Below are positions 18,905-28,216 of a stretch of DNA of 64,000 nucleotides, one piece after another; the stretch's first letter is position 1, and the number at the start of each line of letters is the position of its first letter. The position numbers were made by a program, and so were the translations under genes. Below the pieces are notes generated by a model that was not told the origin of the DNA, ran no database searches, and worked only from the letters and a program-made list of their open reading frames with translations. This DNA is from an uncultured Holophagales bacterium. GTDB taxonomy: Bacteria; Acidobacteriota; Thermoanaerobaculia; UBA5066. The stretch is taken from assembly GCA_964561935.1 (NCBI GenBank), contig CAZLQX010000005.1, forward strand, positions 131,939 to 195,938. The letters are read 5' to 3'.

Positions 18905-20164
18905 ATGGCTCAGGCTTCGTCGACTCCCGTCTCGTTCGCCCCTCCGCGGCCGGCCCGGCGAGCCGGACGCCTCTTGCCGCTCGTCCTCGCGCTCGCCGGT
19001 CTCACCTTCCCGGCAACCGCCGCGCCGCAGTCGGCCCCGGCGCCGTCCCCCGGCCCGAAGACGTCGATCGGGCACGCAGGGTGGAGCGGCGCCCGGTGGT
19101 TCGAGCGCGGCCTCGAGCTCCACGAGGAAGGAGAGTGGGACGCGGCGATCGAGGCCTTCTCGAGGGCGATCGAGAAGGGCTACCGGGAGGAGGTCGCTTC
19201 CTTCAACATCGCGTGCGGCCACGCCCGAAAGGGGGACAAGGAGCGCGCCTTCGAGTGGCTCGGAAAGGCCGAGGCCTCCGGCTTTCGCGTCTCCTCGAAC
19301 CTCGACGACGGCGACCTCGACTCCCTCCGCTCCGACCCCCGCTTCACCCGGCTCAAGACGAAGGCGCGCCAGGCGCGCGCCGCGCGGGACGGCGAGGAGG
19401 TGAGGAAGGCGGTCTCCCGCTTCGACCTCCTGATGGGTCGGTCGCCCCGGAACGGACGCGCCCTCTACGACGTCGGGCGGGACCTCCTCGCGGCCGGGGA
19501 GTACGACCGGGCCGCGCGGGCCTTCGTCGCCGCCGCCGAGGCCGGCCGGCGCGAGGGAACCGCCCTCTACAACGCCGCCTGCGCCCGCGCCCTCGAGGGC
19601 GGGAAGGAGGAGGCGCTCGACCTCCTCGGGCGCGCCGTCGAGTCCGGGTACGACGGCCCCGGCCACATGCGGGGCGACGACGACCTCGACGCGCTCCGGG
19701 CCGAGCCGCGCTTCGCGCGGATCCTGAAGGACGCCGAGGCGCTCTCCCTCGACGGCTTCCCGAGCCTCGGCGCCCGGCTCCTCCGATCGCAGATGAAGGC
19801 GGAGGCGGACGAGGCGGCCTCCCGCTTCCGGCGCTACCTGAAGGACCACCCGCGAAGCGGACGGGCCTTCTCGAACCTCGGCACCGTCCACCTCGCGGCC
19901 GAGGAGGACCGCGAGGCGGCGCTCGCGTTCGCGAAAGCGCTCGAGCTCGGCTACCGGCGCCCCGCGACGACCTACAACCTCGCCTGCGCCCATGCGCGGC
20001 TGAAGGAGCGCGACGCCGCCTTCGCCCGCCTCGACGAGGCGATCGCGCTCGGCGCCGTCAGCGCCGACCACCTCGAGGAGGACGACGACCTCTGGAACCT
20101 GAGGCGCGACCCGCGGTTCGAGAAGGCCGTCGAGAGGGCGCGGAAGACCGGCAGGGACCGCTGA
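18905..20164 (+). CDS. secreted TPR-repeat protein
   Basis: Signal peptide (MAQASS...LLPLVLALAGLTFPATAAPQ) followed by at least 6 copies of about 34-aa repeats with the pattern A..A..G..E.A...L..A.E.G. Confidence 0.65.
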   Translation: MAQASSTPVSFAPPRPARRAGRLLPLVLALAGLTFPATAAPQSAPAPSPGPKTSIGHAGWSGARWFERGLELHEEGEWDAAIEAFSRAIEKGYREEVASFNIACGHARKGDKERAFEWLGKAEASGFRVSSNLDDGDLDSLRSDPRFTRLKTKARQARAARDGEEVRKAVSRFDLLMGRSPRNGRALYDVGRDLLAAGEYDRAARAFVAAAEAGRREGTALYNAACARALEGGKEEALDLLGRAVESGYDGPGHMRGDDDLDALRAEPRFARILKDAEALSLDGFPSLGARLLRSQMKAEADEAASRFRRYLKDHPRSGRAFSNLGTVHLAAEEDREAALAFAKALELGYRRPATTYNLACAHARLKERDAAFARLDEAIALGAVSADHLEEDDDLWNLRRDPRFEKAVERARKTGRDR

Positions 20165-20198
20165 AGTCGCGGCCCGGGAGGCCTTCGCGCGGCGCGCC

Positions 20199-20630
20199 TC
20201 AGGCGAGGCGCGCGAGCGAGGCCCTCTTTCGCGCGTAGGCCTCCCCGAGGCCGAGCGCGAGCGCGAGGTCGCAGAGGCGGAGCGCCTCCTCGAACTCGGC
20301 CCGCTCGCCCCTCAGCGCGATGCCGCGCTCGAGGAACCGGAGCGCGACGACCTCCCTCGCGAAGCGGCGCCCGAGCTCCTTCCGCGCGACGTCGAGGTAG
20401 CCCTCCGCGGTCGCGAGGGCTTCGAGCGCCTCCTCCTCGTCCGCGGCGTCCGCCGCGAGGAGCGCCCAGGCGAAGAACTTCACGGCGTTCGGCATCGAGT
20501 CGGACGAGGCGAGGGCCCGCGCGACGTACTTCGCCCCCTCGCCCCTCAGCGACGCCTCTCGGTGGCCCGACAGGAGGTCGTCGAGGCGTTCTTCGGGGCT
20601 CTTGCGACAGGGCTCGATCCGCTTTCCCAT
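20199..20630 (-). CDS. hypothetical protein (small, helical)
   Basis: 143-aa ORF with strong GC3 bias and a balanced Ala/Leu/Glu/Arg composition. It is intergenic between convergent genes. No recognised domain. Confidence 0.4.
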   Translation of the reverse strand: MGKRIEPCRKSPEERLDDLLSGHREASLRGEGAKYVARALASSDSMPNAVKFFAWALLAADAADEEEALEALATAEGYLDVARKELGRRFAREVVALRFLERGIALRGERAEFEEALRLCDLALALGLGEAYARKRASLARLA

Positions 20631-20702
20631 GGAGCGGAGGGTACGAGACGTCGAGGAACGGCGCGAGCGCCTTCCGGCAACGCCGCCCGCCAGCTCATCC
20701 CG

Positions 20703-22550
20703 TCAACGGAAGTAGCCCGAGACGTCGAGGACGACGTGGACCGGCTGCGCCGACTCGTTCTTCACGGTGAGCCGACCGAGGGCACCCGGGATTGCCGCCG
20801 CGTTCGAAGCGCGGGTCCGACCCGCGCGGAACGCGAGGACGTGGGCGGAGGGCGTCCCGCTCCCAGCGCCGAACAGGCGCAGAACGCCGTCCGCGCCGGG
20901 GGAGACGTCCGTCAGGTTCACCGCGAGGGCGCGCGCGTCCACGGGCGTCCCGCAAAGGCCGGCGGCGTCGAACGTGAGCGTCCCGTTCGCCGCGACCGGC
21001 GTCCCCGCCCCGTTCCGCGTGTCGAGGACCCGGCACGGCACGACGGTATGGAACCGGACGGGCGGCTCGGTCCCCTCGAAGGCGCCGACGTCGCACCGGA
21101 CGCCCGCGGGGCGCGCGGCCCCTCGCGCGTCGACGGCCGCCCAGCAGCCGGACAGGGCCCCGTCGACGGCCGGGCTCCCGGGAAGGAGCGAGACCGTCTC
21201 CACGAGGCCGCCGTGGTCGGCGAGAGGCCCCGGGAGCGGGTCGACGATGAGCGGCGAGGCGACGCAGTCGTAGTCGTTCCACGCGCCGAGGTTCCGCTGC
21301 GGGTACTCGAGGACGTCGCCGCCGTTCAGCATCATCCCGGGCTCGCTCGCGCAGTTCTTCCCGATGCCCCAGCCGTTCCCGCCGTTGTAGGCGGTGTTCC
21401 AGGCGACGATCGACGCGCGGAGCGTGACCCTTCCGGCGTGTGCGTTGTGGACCGTGATCCCTCCGCCGGTCCACCAGGCGTGGTTCCTCACGACCGTCAG
21501 GTGCGAGAGGACGACGCTCGAGGTCTCCGACGGGTAGATCGAGAGGCCGCCGCCGACCGCCCAGTCGTCGGGCGGCACGCCCCCCTCGACCCGGTTCCCC
21601 GTGAAGGTGACGTTCGTGATCGCCGCCGTCGTCGGCTCGAAGAGCCAGAGTCCGCCCCCCTGGTTGAACGCCTGGTTCCCCGCGACGAGCGACCCGGTGA
21701 ACGAGAGGGCGCCGCCCTGGTGGTAGATCGCCCCGGCGTTCGCTCCGGTCGCGCGGTTCTCCAGGAAGGTCGAGTCGGCGACGACGAGCGCCTGGGGGCT
21801 CCCGTACATGACGGACTGGATCGCGCCGCCTCCCCACGCGACGTTCTCGCGGAACGTGCAGCGCTCGATCCGCACTTCGCCGTCGCCGGACCCGTCGACG
21901 TAGAGCGCGCCGCCGGCCCCGCCGAACTGCCCGGCGTGTCCGTGGGTCGCGTTGCCGACGAAGAGGGAATCGCGGATCGTGAGGCCGTTCGCCGGCCCCT
22001 CCTCGTTGCCGCCGAGGTACCCGATCGCCCCGCCGTTCCCGCCGACGTTGCCGACGAACGCGCTCCCCTCGACGGTCGAGATGCCTCCCTGTATGTACAG
22101 CGCGCCGCCCCCGACGTCGTCGCCCGGCTGCGTGCAGACGTTCCCCTCGAACCTCACGTTCGCGACCGTCAGCGCCGCCGTCCCCCGCTCGTGATACTCG
22201 CTCCTCACGGCGGCGCCGTGGTCCGCGGCCCGTCCCCGCCGGAGCGTCAGGTTCCGGAGGGCGAGCTGGCGCTGGTAATCGACGGCGAAGATCCGGACGG
22301 CGTCCTGCCCGTCGAGGGCGACGAGGCCGCCGCCGTCGACGTCGGTCGGCGTCGCCGCGGAGATCGTCTTCGTCGCGGTGACCGGGATCGTCACGGGACC
22401 GCCGCCGCACGAGAAGGTGACGGTTCCGCCGCCCGCGAGGGCGGCGGCGAGGGCCGACTCCGTGCAGGAGGCGGGCGTCCCGTTCCCGACGACCCCGGCG
22501 CCCCGGGACAGACCCGGCAGGAGGAGGAGACCGAGGAGGACGCGCTTCAT
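20703..22550 (-). CDS. secreted right-handed parallel beta-helix repeat protein (pectate-lyase-fold)
   Basis: Signal peptide MKRVLLGLLLLPGLSRGAG, then about 20 Gly/Asn/Val-rich turns (GGAIY..GG.L....S...GN.A..GGG). The C-terminal domain looks beta-sandwich-like. The ORF's N-terminal extension to 22796 is rejected. Confidence 0.7.
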   Translation of the reverse strand: MKRVLLGLLLLPGLSRGAGVVGNGTPASCTESALAAALAGGGTVTFSCGGGPVTIPVTATKTISAATPTDVDGGGLVALDGQDAVRIFAVDYQRQLALRNLTLRRGRAADHGAAVRSEYHERGTAALTVANVRFEGNVCTQPGDDVGGGALYIQGGISTVEGSAFVGNVGGNGGAIGYLGGNEEGPANGLTIRDSLFVGNATHGHAGQFGGAGGALYVDGSGDGEVRIERCTFRENVAWGGGAIQSVMYGSPQALVVADSTFLENRATGANAGAIYHQGGALSFTGSLVAGNQAFNQGGGLWLFEPTTAAITNVTFTGNRVEGGVPPDDWAVGGGLSIYPSETSSVVLSHLTVVRNHAWWTGGGITVHNAHAGRVTLRASIVAWNTAYNGGNGWGIGKNCASEPGMMLNGGDVLEYPQRNLGAWNDYDCVASPLIVDPLPGPLADHGGLVETVSLLPGSPAVDGALSGCWAAVDARGAARPAGVRCDVGAFEGTEPPVRFHTVVPCRVLDTRNGAGTPVAANGTLTFDAAGLCGTPVDARALAVNLTDVSPGADGVLRLFGAGSGTPSAHVLAFRAGRTRASNAAAIPGALGRLTVKNESAQPVHVVLDVSGYFR

Positions 22551-22631
22551 GGCGCGACGATGGGGCCGAACGCCTCGCGATTCAAGCCTCCCGCGCGCGC
22601 CGCGCCCGGCGCTGCTAGACTCGGGAATTCC

Positions 22632-23382
22632 GATGAAGAAGGTCCAGACCGCCCTCGCTTCCGCCGTCTTCGTCCTCGTCTCCTCCGCCTGCGCGCCCGC
22701 CGGTCCCGGCCCGCGGACGGCGCCCGCCGTCGGCGACCTCCGCCCGACCGACGAGCTCCACTGGGTGAGGTCCTCCGCCGAGTACCGCGCGCTCACGATC
22801 CAGACCTACCGAGCCGCCCTCGAGGCGGCCGAGGAGGCGAGCGCCGGGCGGCCCTCGGGGAGCTGGGCCGTCTCCGTCGACGCCGACGAGACGATCATCG
22901 ACAACTCCGGCTACGAGGCGGAGCTCCAGAAGAAGGGCACGACCCACACGAACGAGGCCTGGAAGGACTGGGTGAAGCGGCGCGGCCGGACCGCGATCCC
23001 CGGAGCGGCGGAGTTCCTCGCCGGCGTGCAGAAGCTCGGGGGAAAGGTCGCCGTCGTCACGAACACCCAGCAGTCGCTCTGCGCGGACGTCGCGGCGAAC
23101 CTCGACGCCCTGAAGCTCCCGTACGACCTCCTCGTCTGCCGTCCCGACGACGCGGGCGACCGGAAGGAGCCGCGCTGGAAGATCGTGACGGACGGGACGG
23201 CGCGTCCCGACCTCGGCCCGCTCGAGATCCTCATCTGGGTCGGCGACAACATCCAGGACTTCCCGGAGCAGAGCCAGGCGCTTCGCGAGAAGCCGGAGGC
23301 CGCGTTCGGGGACTTCGGCGTCCGCTTCTTCGCCCTCCCGAACCCCGTCTACGGCACCTGGGAGAAGAACGCTCCGCGCTGA
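22632..23382 (+). CDS. class B acid phosphatase / 5'-nucleotidase lipoprotein e(P4) family (HAD superfamily)
   Basis: Lipoprotein signal MKKVQTALASAVFVLVSSAC. The DDDD-HAD motif is DADETIIDNS, and the distal WVGDNIQDF Asp motif is present. Confidence 0.75.
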
Positions 23383-23522
23383 TCGCCGGGCGAGCCGCCC
23401 CGCCCCGCCCGGCGCCCGCCCGCGGCGTTGACGCGCCGCCGAAACCGCTCCAGACTGGCCCGCACGTTTCCCCGGGAGAGTCCTCCGGCGCGCCCCGACG
23501 GCGGCCGGGAGAGGGGCCGCAG

Positions 23523-24299
23523 ATGGCGACCATCAGCACGCGCAAGTTCATCGCCCTCCGCAAGCTCACCCGCGCCCTCGCCGAGACGCTGCGCGGCGAC
23601 CTGCGCGGGACCCTGATCACCGTCGAGCCGCTGCTCCGGCCGAGGTCGGTCTTCGGCGAGCACGTCCAGGGCCACGGGAAGGACCTCGTCAAGGGCTCCG
23701 ACCGCGCCTTCAAGGACCTCGCCGCCGACTTCGCCGAGGTCGCCGGGAGCAAGCCCTTCCACCTCCCGCGGGAGCTGAAGTCGCCGTTCGAGGTGATGAG
23801 CGCCTCCCTCGAGATGCAGCCCGTCGAGTACTCCTACACGGCGCGCGGCGAGCGGGAAAGCAAGACCGTCAAGATCACGTCGCCCCTGAAGTGGGTCGTG
23901 AACTATCGCGACTACGGCCTCGACGAGCTCAAGCGCCTCCTCGCCGACCGGAACCGGACCGAGGAGCAGCTCCGGCGCTTCGTCCTCCACTTCCTCCTCG
24001 TCGAGCACGTCTTCACCCGGCAGCCTGGCGTCAAGGAGATGCTCGGCTCGCTCCGCTTCCCGGTCGTCGTCGAGCGTCGCCCCGAGTTCGGCTCGCTCCC
24101 GATCACCTGCATCACGACCGCCGTCTCGACCTACCGCCCCGACGACGAGGTCATCATCGAGACGACGGAGATCTCGGGAAGCGAGGAGTTCGAGGAGTTC
24201 GTGAAGGTCTCCGACATCTCCGGCATGAAGGACGCCTTCCGCGACCGGCTCCTCGAGATCGTCCGCGCCCAGGGCCCCGACCTCCTCGACGAGCCGTAG
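23523..24299 (+). CDS. hypothetical protein (258 aa), putative partner of the downstream sheath-like gene
   Basis: A clean ORF, MATISTRKFIALRKLTRALAETLRGDLRGTLITVEPLL..., forms the tail of junk ORF 20562..24299. It is co-directional with the following gene, 82 nt upstream of it. No recognised domain. Confidence 0.55.
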   Translation: MATISTRKFIALRKLTRALAETLRGDLRGTLITVEPLLRPRSVFGEHVQGHGKDLVKGSDRAFKDLAADFAEVAGSKPFHLPRELKSPFEVMSASLEMQPVEYSYTARGERESKTVKITSPLKWVVNYRDYGLDELKRLLADRNRTEEQLRRFVLHFLLVEHVFTRQPGVKEMLGSLRFPVVVERRPEFGSLPITCITTAVSTYRPDDEVIIETTEISGSEEFEEFVKVSDISGMKDAFRDRLLEIVRAQGPDLLDEP

Positions 24300-24380
24300 C
24301 CGCCCCGGAACGCTCCGGCGGCCCGCCCGGCCGCGGCGCCGCCTATACTCGGCCCACCTGTCGTCGAGGAGGTCCCGCCC

Positions 24381-25733
24381 ATGTCGAAGCCGTTCTCCTT
24401 CGGTGCGTTCGACGTCCGTCTCGAGGCCGGAGCCGAGCCCCGCCCCGCCCGCGCGGAGGACGACGCTCCCTTCCGGATCCTCGTCGCCGGGGACTTCTCG
24501 GGCCGGGCGGCTCGCGGACTCCTCGAGACCGGCGCCGCCCTCGGCGAGAGGAAGGCCTTCCGCGTCGACCTCGACTCCCTCGACGCGACGATCGCGCGCC
24601 TCGAGCCCGTCGTCCGCCTCCGCGACGGCGAGGTCCTCCGGTTCCGGGAGCTCGACGACTTCACGCCCGACGCCCTCTTCGCACGCATCCCCCGCTTCGG
24701 CGCCCTGAAGGAGGCGGGCGAGGCGCAGGCACGGCACCGTGCCGCGCGGCGACCCGCGACGGTCGACCTCCTCGACCGGATCCTGGACGGCACGCCGCAG
24801 GAGGAGGCGCCGCTCGACGACGCGGGCCCGGACCGCGTGACGGAGCTGATGCGGGAGATGCTCGGCGCCGCCGCCTTCAAGGCCCTCGAGGCGAGCTGGA
24901 GGGGCGTCGACTTCCTCCTCCGCCGCCTCGACGTCGACGGACCCCTCACTCTCCACCTCGTCGACCTCTCCCCGGAGGAGCTCCGCGCCGACCTCCTCGC
25001 CTCCGAGGAGCTCGGGAAAACGGGTCTTCACCGCCTCCTCGTCGAGAAGACGGTCGGGACACCGGGCGGCCACCCGTGGGCCGCGCTCGTCGTCCTCGGC
25101 TCGTTCGGGCCGGAGCGACGGGAGGCCGAGGCCCTCGGCCGCCTCGCGCGGATCGCCGCGCAGGCGGGGACCGCCGTCCTCGCCGGCGCCGAGCCCGGCA
25201 TCCTCGGCTGCGTCTCGCTCGCCGAGACGCCCGACCCGGACGACTGGACGGCCCCCGAGAGCGAAGGGGCCGAGGCGTGGGCCGCGCTCCGCCGGCTTCC
25301 CGAGGCCCGATTCTGCGGCCTCGCCCTCCCCCGCGTCCTCCTCCGCCTCCCGTACGGGAAGGAGGCGACCGCCGTCGAGGCGTTCGGCTTCGAGGAGCTC
25401 TCGACGCCGCCCTCTCACGAGGAGTACCTCTGGGGATGCCCCGCGCTCGCGACGGCGCTCCTCCTCGGCGAGGCCTTCCTCGAGGACGGCTGGGGCCTCC
25501 GCCCCGGCTCCGCGCAGGAGATCTCCGGCCTGCCGTTCGCCCTCGTCTCCGAGGACGGCGAGAAGCGGGCCGTGCCGTGCGCCGAGACGCTCTTCACCGT
25601 CCGCGCGGCTCAGGCCGTGACGGAGCGCGGGTTGATGCCGCTCCTCACGATGAAGGGGACCGACACCGTCCGCCTCGCGATCTTCCAGTCGATCGCGGAC
25701 CCGCACGGCGACCTCGCCGGCCTCTGGGGCTGA
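24381..25733 (+). CDS. single-chain TssB-TssC-like contractile-sheath paralog (VipA-like N-terminus fused to a C-terminally truncated VipB-like body)
   Basis: The N-terminus (FDVRLEAGAE...PFRILVAGDFSG) parallels the canonical TssB in this window (ITYDVEIGGAIE...LPFVVGVIGDFSG). The central and C-terminal parts align with the canonical TssC here: ALEASWRGVDFLL vs RLEASWRGLHHLV, LPRVLLRLPYG vs MPRTLMRLPYG, and HEEYLWGCPALA vs HDKYLWGNAAYS. The alignment stops about 70 aa before the TssC C-terminus. Confidence 0.6.
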   Translation: MSKPFSFGAFDVRLEAGAEPRPARAEDDAPFRILVAGDFSGRAARGLLETGAALGERKAFRVDLDSLDATIARLEPVVRLRDGEVLRFRELDDFTPDALFARIPRFGALKEAGEAQARHRAARRPATVDLLDRILDGTPQEEAPLDDAGPDRVTELMREMLGAAAFKALEASWRGVDFLLRRLDVDGPLTLHLVDLSPEELRADLLASEELGKTGLHRLLVEKTVGTPGGHPWAALVVLGSFGPERREAEALGRLARIAAQAGTAVLAGAEPGILGCVSLAETPDPDDWTAPESEGAEAWAALRRLPEARFCGLALPRVLLRLPYGKEATAVEAFGFEELSTPPSHEEYLWGCPALATALLLGEAFLEDGWGLRPGSAQEISGLPFALVSEDGEKRAVPCAETLFTVRAAQAVTERGLMPLLTMKGTDTVRLAIFQSIADPHGDLAGLWG

Positions 25734-25741
25734 GACGCCCC

Positions 25742-26311
25742 CTAGAACGCGCTCCAGCGCCCGTCGATCATCCAGGAGACCTTCTGGAGGATCGCGGGCT
25801 GGCGGAGGTCGACCTCGCGCCGCGCGACGGCGTTCCACCTCGGGGTCTCGCCGCGGCAGAGGACGACGTCGCGCATCGTCAGGACGAACCAGACCTGGAC
25901 GAGGAGCTCCTCGGCGCTCTGCAGCAGGTAGCCCTGCCGGATCAGCTCCTCGACGCGGAGGGCGAGGCGGGGCACCGCGCTCACGACGGGGATGTCCGAG
26001 AGCGGGTGCTCGCCGGGGCGCTCGAAGCCGGTCACCTCGCCCGCCTCGGAGAAGCCGCGGACGACCATCGGCTGGTCGAGCCATGGGCCGGGCTCGGCTC
26101 CCTCGGCGACCTCGCGCCGGGCCGTCCGCTCCACGAGGACGCCGCTGAAGGGGCGCCGGAAGAAGCGCATGCAGTTCTCCTTCGCGAGGGCGTCCGCGTC
26201 GTTCCGGCTCTTCGCCCACCACGCCGCGAAGCCCCACTCGTCGAAGAGGCGCATCGACCGGATCGCCGCCGTCGTCTCCTCGACGGCTTCGCGCCCGACG
26301 CGCGACTTCAT
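25742..26311 (-). CDS. hypothetical protein, candidate immunity protein for the upstream toxin. Start uncertain; the ORF extends to 26491.
   Basis: Last gene of the vgrG-PAAR-adaptor-effector string on the minus strand. Trp-rich (FAAWWAKSRNDADA...). The N-terminal 60 codons of the ORF are Gly/Pro/Arg-rich, so I take the internal Met (MKSRVGREA). Confidence 0.4.
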   Translation of the reverse strand: MKSRVGREAVEETTAAIRSMRLFDEWGFAAWWAKSRNDADALAKENCMRFFRRPFSGVLVERTARREVAEGAEPGPWLDQPMVVRGFSEAGEVTGFERPGEHPLSDIPVVSAVPRLALRVEELIRQGYLLQSAEELLVQVWFVLTMRDVVLCRGETPRWNAVARREVDLRQPAILQKVSWMIDGRWSAF

Positions 26312-26743
26312 CCAGCCGTCGAAGAGGGCGATCTCGACGTCCGTGAGGCCCGAGAACGGCGAGGGCGACGTGCCGCTCTCCTCGCGGCCCGCCGGACCGA
26401 CGCCGACGGCGCTCCGCCCGGGCCGTCCCGTCGGCCCCTCGGGCGTCAGGAGGCCGCCGCCCGCGCGGAAGGGGCTCACCCTCGACGGCACCGGCGCGCC
26501 CCTCTCAGCGCCTCGCCGGCCACGGGGGGACCGGCTTCGTCCGGCCCGGCTCGAGGCCGCCGAGGTGCTCGAGGACCTCCCGGTAGCGGGGGTCCGACTT
26601 GGGGTAGACGAGGCGGGCGTCGCCGACGATCCCGCGTCCGTCCGTGGCCCTCAGGTCGAGGACGATCGAGCCCTCCTCGTCGAGGCGCGCGACCCCGATG
26701 CTCGTGCCGCGCGGCGGCGGCGGCTGGCGTTCCCCTCGTTCCG

Positions 26744-27826
26744 TCACCGCGTCCCTCCTCCCCCCGCCCGCCCGAGCGGGTTCGTCCGCCAGTAGTCGTC
26801 GAGCCTTGGCTGCTCCGGGACGACGTCGGGCGGGCAGCCGAAGCGGCGGGCGGCGCTCTCGGCGAAGCTCTCCTCCTCGCCCGCCTGGCCCGACTGGGAC
26901 ATGTAGTCCGAAAGCTCGCCCGGCGCCGCCGCGCGGACGGAGGTGAAGTCCGCGCCCGAGGACGGCTTGCCGCTCTTGTAGTCGAGCCCGTGGTAGGCCT
27001 CGTGGATCGCGAGGTTCGCCGAGCCGTGCCCGTCCCCCGTGTCGGGGACGTGCGCGCCCCGCTCCGTCCCGTGTCCGCGCGTCGCGACGACGACCCGGTT
27101 CGTCGAGTCGTCGTAGCAGCCCGGCACCTTGCTCCAGTCGGTCCCCTCCGGCCAGCCGCGCGGCGGGTCCCCCGCGAGGCCCGGGCGGCAGTCGGTGACG
27201 GAGCCGCGGCAGACGGCGACGCGCGTCCCGTTCGCCTCCATCCGCTCGAGGTCCTCCCGGGGCATCTTCGCGAGCTCCTGCGCGACGAGCTCCGCGTCCG
27301 CCGCGTCCGCGCTCCCCTCGGCGTCGCAGAGGCCCCGCGCGAGCTCGAGCTTCTTCTCGGTCTCCTCGCTCGTCTCCGCCTCGAGCGCCTCGGCGTCCTT
27401 CTCGAGGCACGGCACGCAGGGGTCTTCCGCGTCCGGCGACCCCTTCGGCGCGTCCTGCGAGCCGTACTTCTCCTTCAGCTCTTCCTTCTTCGCGGCGAAG
27501 TCCTTCTTCGCCTTGCCGATCTTCCCCTCCAGCTCGGCCTTCCTCCGCGGGCTCGTCGACGGGTCGCGGGACTCCTCGACGAGGCGCTTCCCCTCCTCGC
27601 CCATCTTCGCGAGGGCGCGCCGGTCCTCGAGCTCGCGCGTCACACGTCCGTGCTGCTCGTCGATCCGGCGGAGGAGGTCGTCGCGCCGCGCGGAGAGCTC
27701 CGGCCCCGCGCCCGCGGCGGGCGTCGACCGGACCCGGTCGCCGAGGTCGCGCAGCTCCCCTTCGCGCCTCGCGAGCTGCGAGATCCGGCTCGGCGGCTTC
27801 GACCCCGGGCGGGCGTCAGCGGCCAC
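26744..27826 (-). CDS. putative T6SS effector with an HExxH zinc-metallopeptidase-like motif
   Basis: 360 aa. The N-terminal charged coiled-coil region is Lys/Glu-rich. The C-terminal region contains ...SANLAIHEAYHGLDY... (HEAYH). It lies directly downstream of PAAR and the DUF4123 adaptor, in effector position. Confidence 0.5.
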   Translation of the reverse strand: MAADARPGSKPPSRISQLARREGELRDLGDRVRSTPAAGAGPELSARRDDLLRRIDEQHGRVTRELEDRRALAKMGEEGKRLVEESRDPSTSPRRKAELEGKIGKAKKDFAAKKEELKEKYGSQDAPKGSPDAEDPCVPCLEKDAEALEAETSEETEKKLELARGLCDAEGSADAADAELVAQELAKMPREDLERMEANGTRVAVCRGSVTDCRPGLAGDPPRGWPEGTDWSKVPGCYDDSTNRVVVATRGHGTERGAHVPDTGDGHGSANLAIHEAYHGLDYKSGKPSSGADFTSVRAAAPGELSDYMSQSGQAGEEESFAESAARRFGCPPDVVPEQPRLDDYWRTNPLGRAGGGGTR

Positions 27827-28196
27827 GCGCGCCCGGGCGGCTTCCCGCCCCGTCCTCCGCGAAGGGGTCCTCGACGTCGCCCCCGAGGTAGGCGTCGCGG
27901 ACGGCGACGATCCGCTCGTGCGGGCCGCGCCGCCGGTCCTCGAGGTGCTCCCGCGCCCACCGTCCCTCCTCGCCCCGCTCGAACCCCTCGCCGAGATCCA
28001 GCGAGAGGTCGTAGTAGATCGTCGCGTCCCGCTCCGAGGTCAGTCCCCACTCCCGGGCCGAGGCCGCGATCCGAAGCGCCTCCGCGCGGAGCTCCGCGTC
28101 GCGGCGCCCCGCGGCCCGCTCCGGGTAGAGACGGGCGCCGCGCGAGGCGAGCCGCTCGGCGAGCGCCTCCCGGCGCTCCGCCCGGAACGCTTCCAT
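27816..28196 (-). CDS. hypothetical protein (126 aa) between the adaptor and the effector
   Basis: Internal Met of ORF 27816..28475 (MEAFRAERREALAERL...). The upstream part of that ORF overlaps the DUF4123 gene in another frame and is rejected. Confidence 0.4.
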   Translation of the reverse strand: MEAFRAERREALAERLASRGARLYPERAAGRRDAELRAEALRIAASAREWGLTSERDATIYYDLSLDLGEGFERGEEGRWAREHLEDRRRGPHERIVAVRDAYLGGDVEDPFAEDGAGSRPGARGR

Positions 28197-28216
28197 CTGC
28201 GCGGGGCGAATCCGGA

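Noticed and set aside
16750-20238. 1162-aa and 994-aa ORFs (17087..20071 -) overlapping halogenase and TPR genes
   Set aside because: Low-complexity Arg/Pro/Gly translations. The real genes are in other frames, with FAD and WxWxIP motifs.
20562-23522. N-terminal 985 codons of ORF 20562..24299 (+), and ORF 20695..22410 (-)
   Set aside because: Both are antisense or off-frame to the beta-helix protein and acid phosphatase, with Arg/Asp/Pro-rich compositions. Only the last 258 codons (23523..24299) look like genuine coding sequence.
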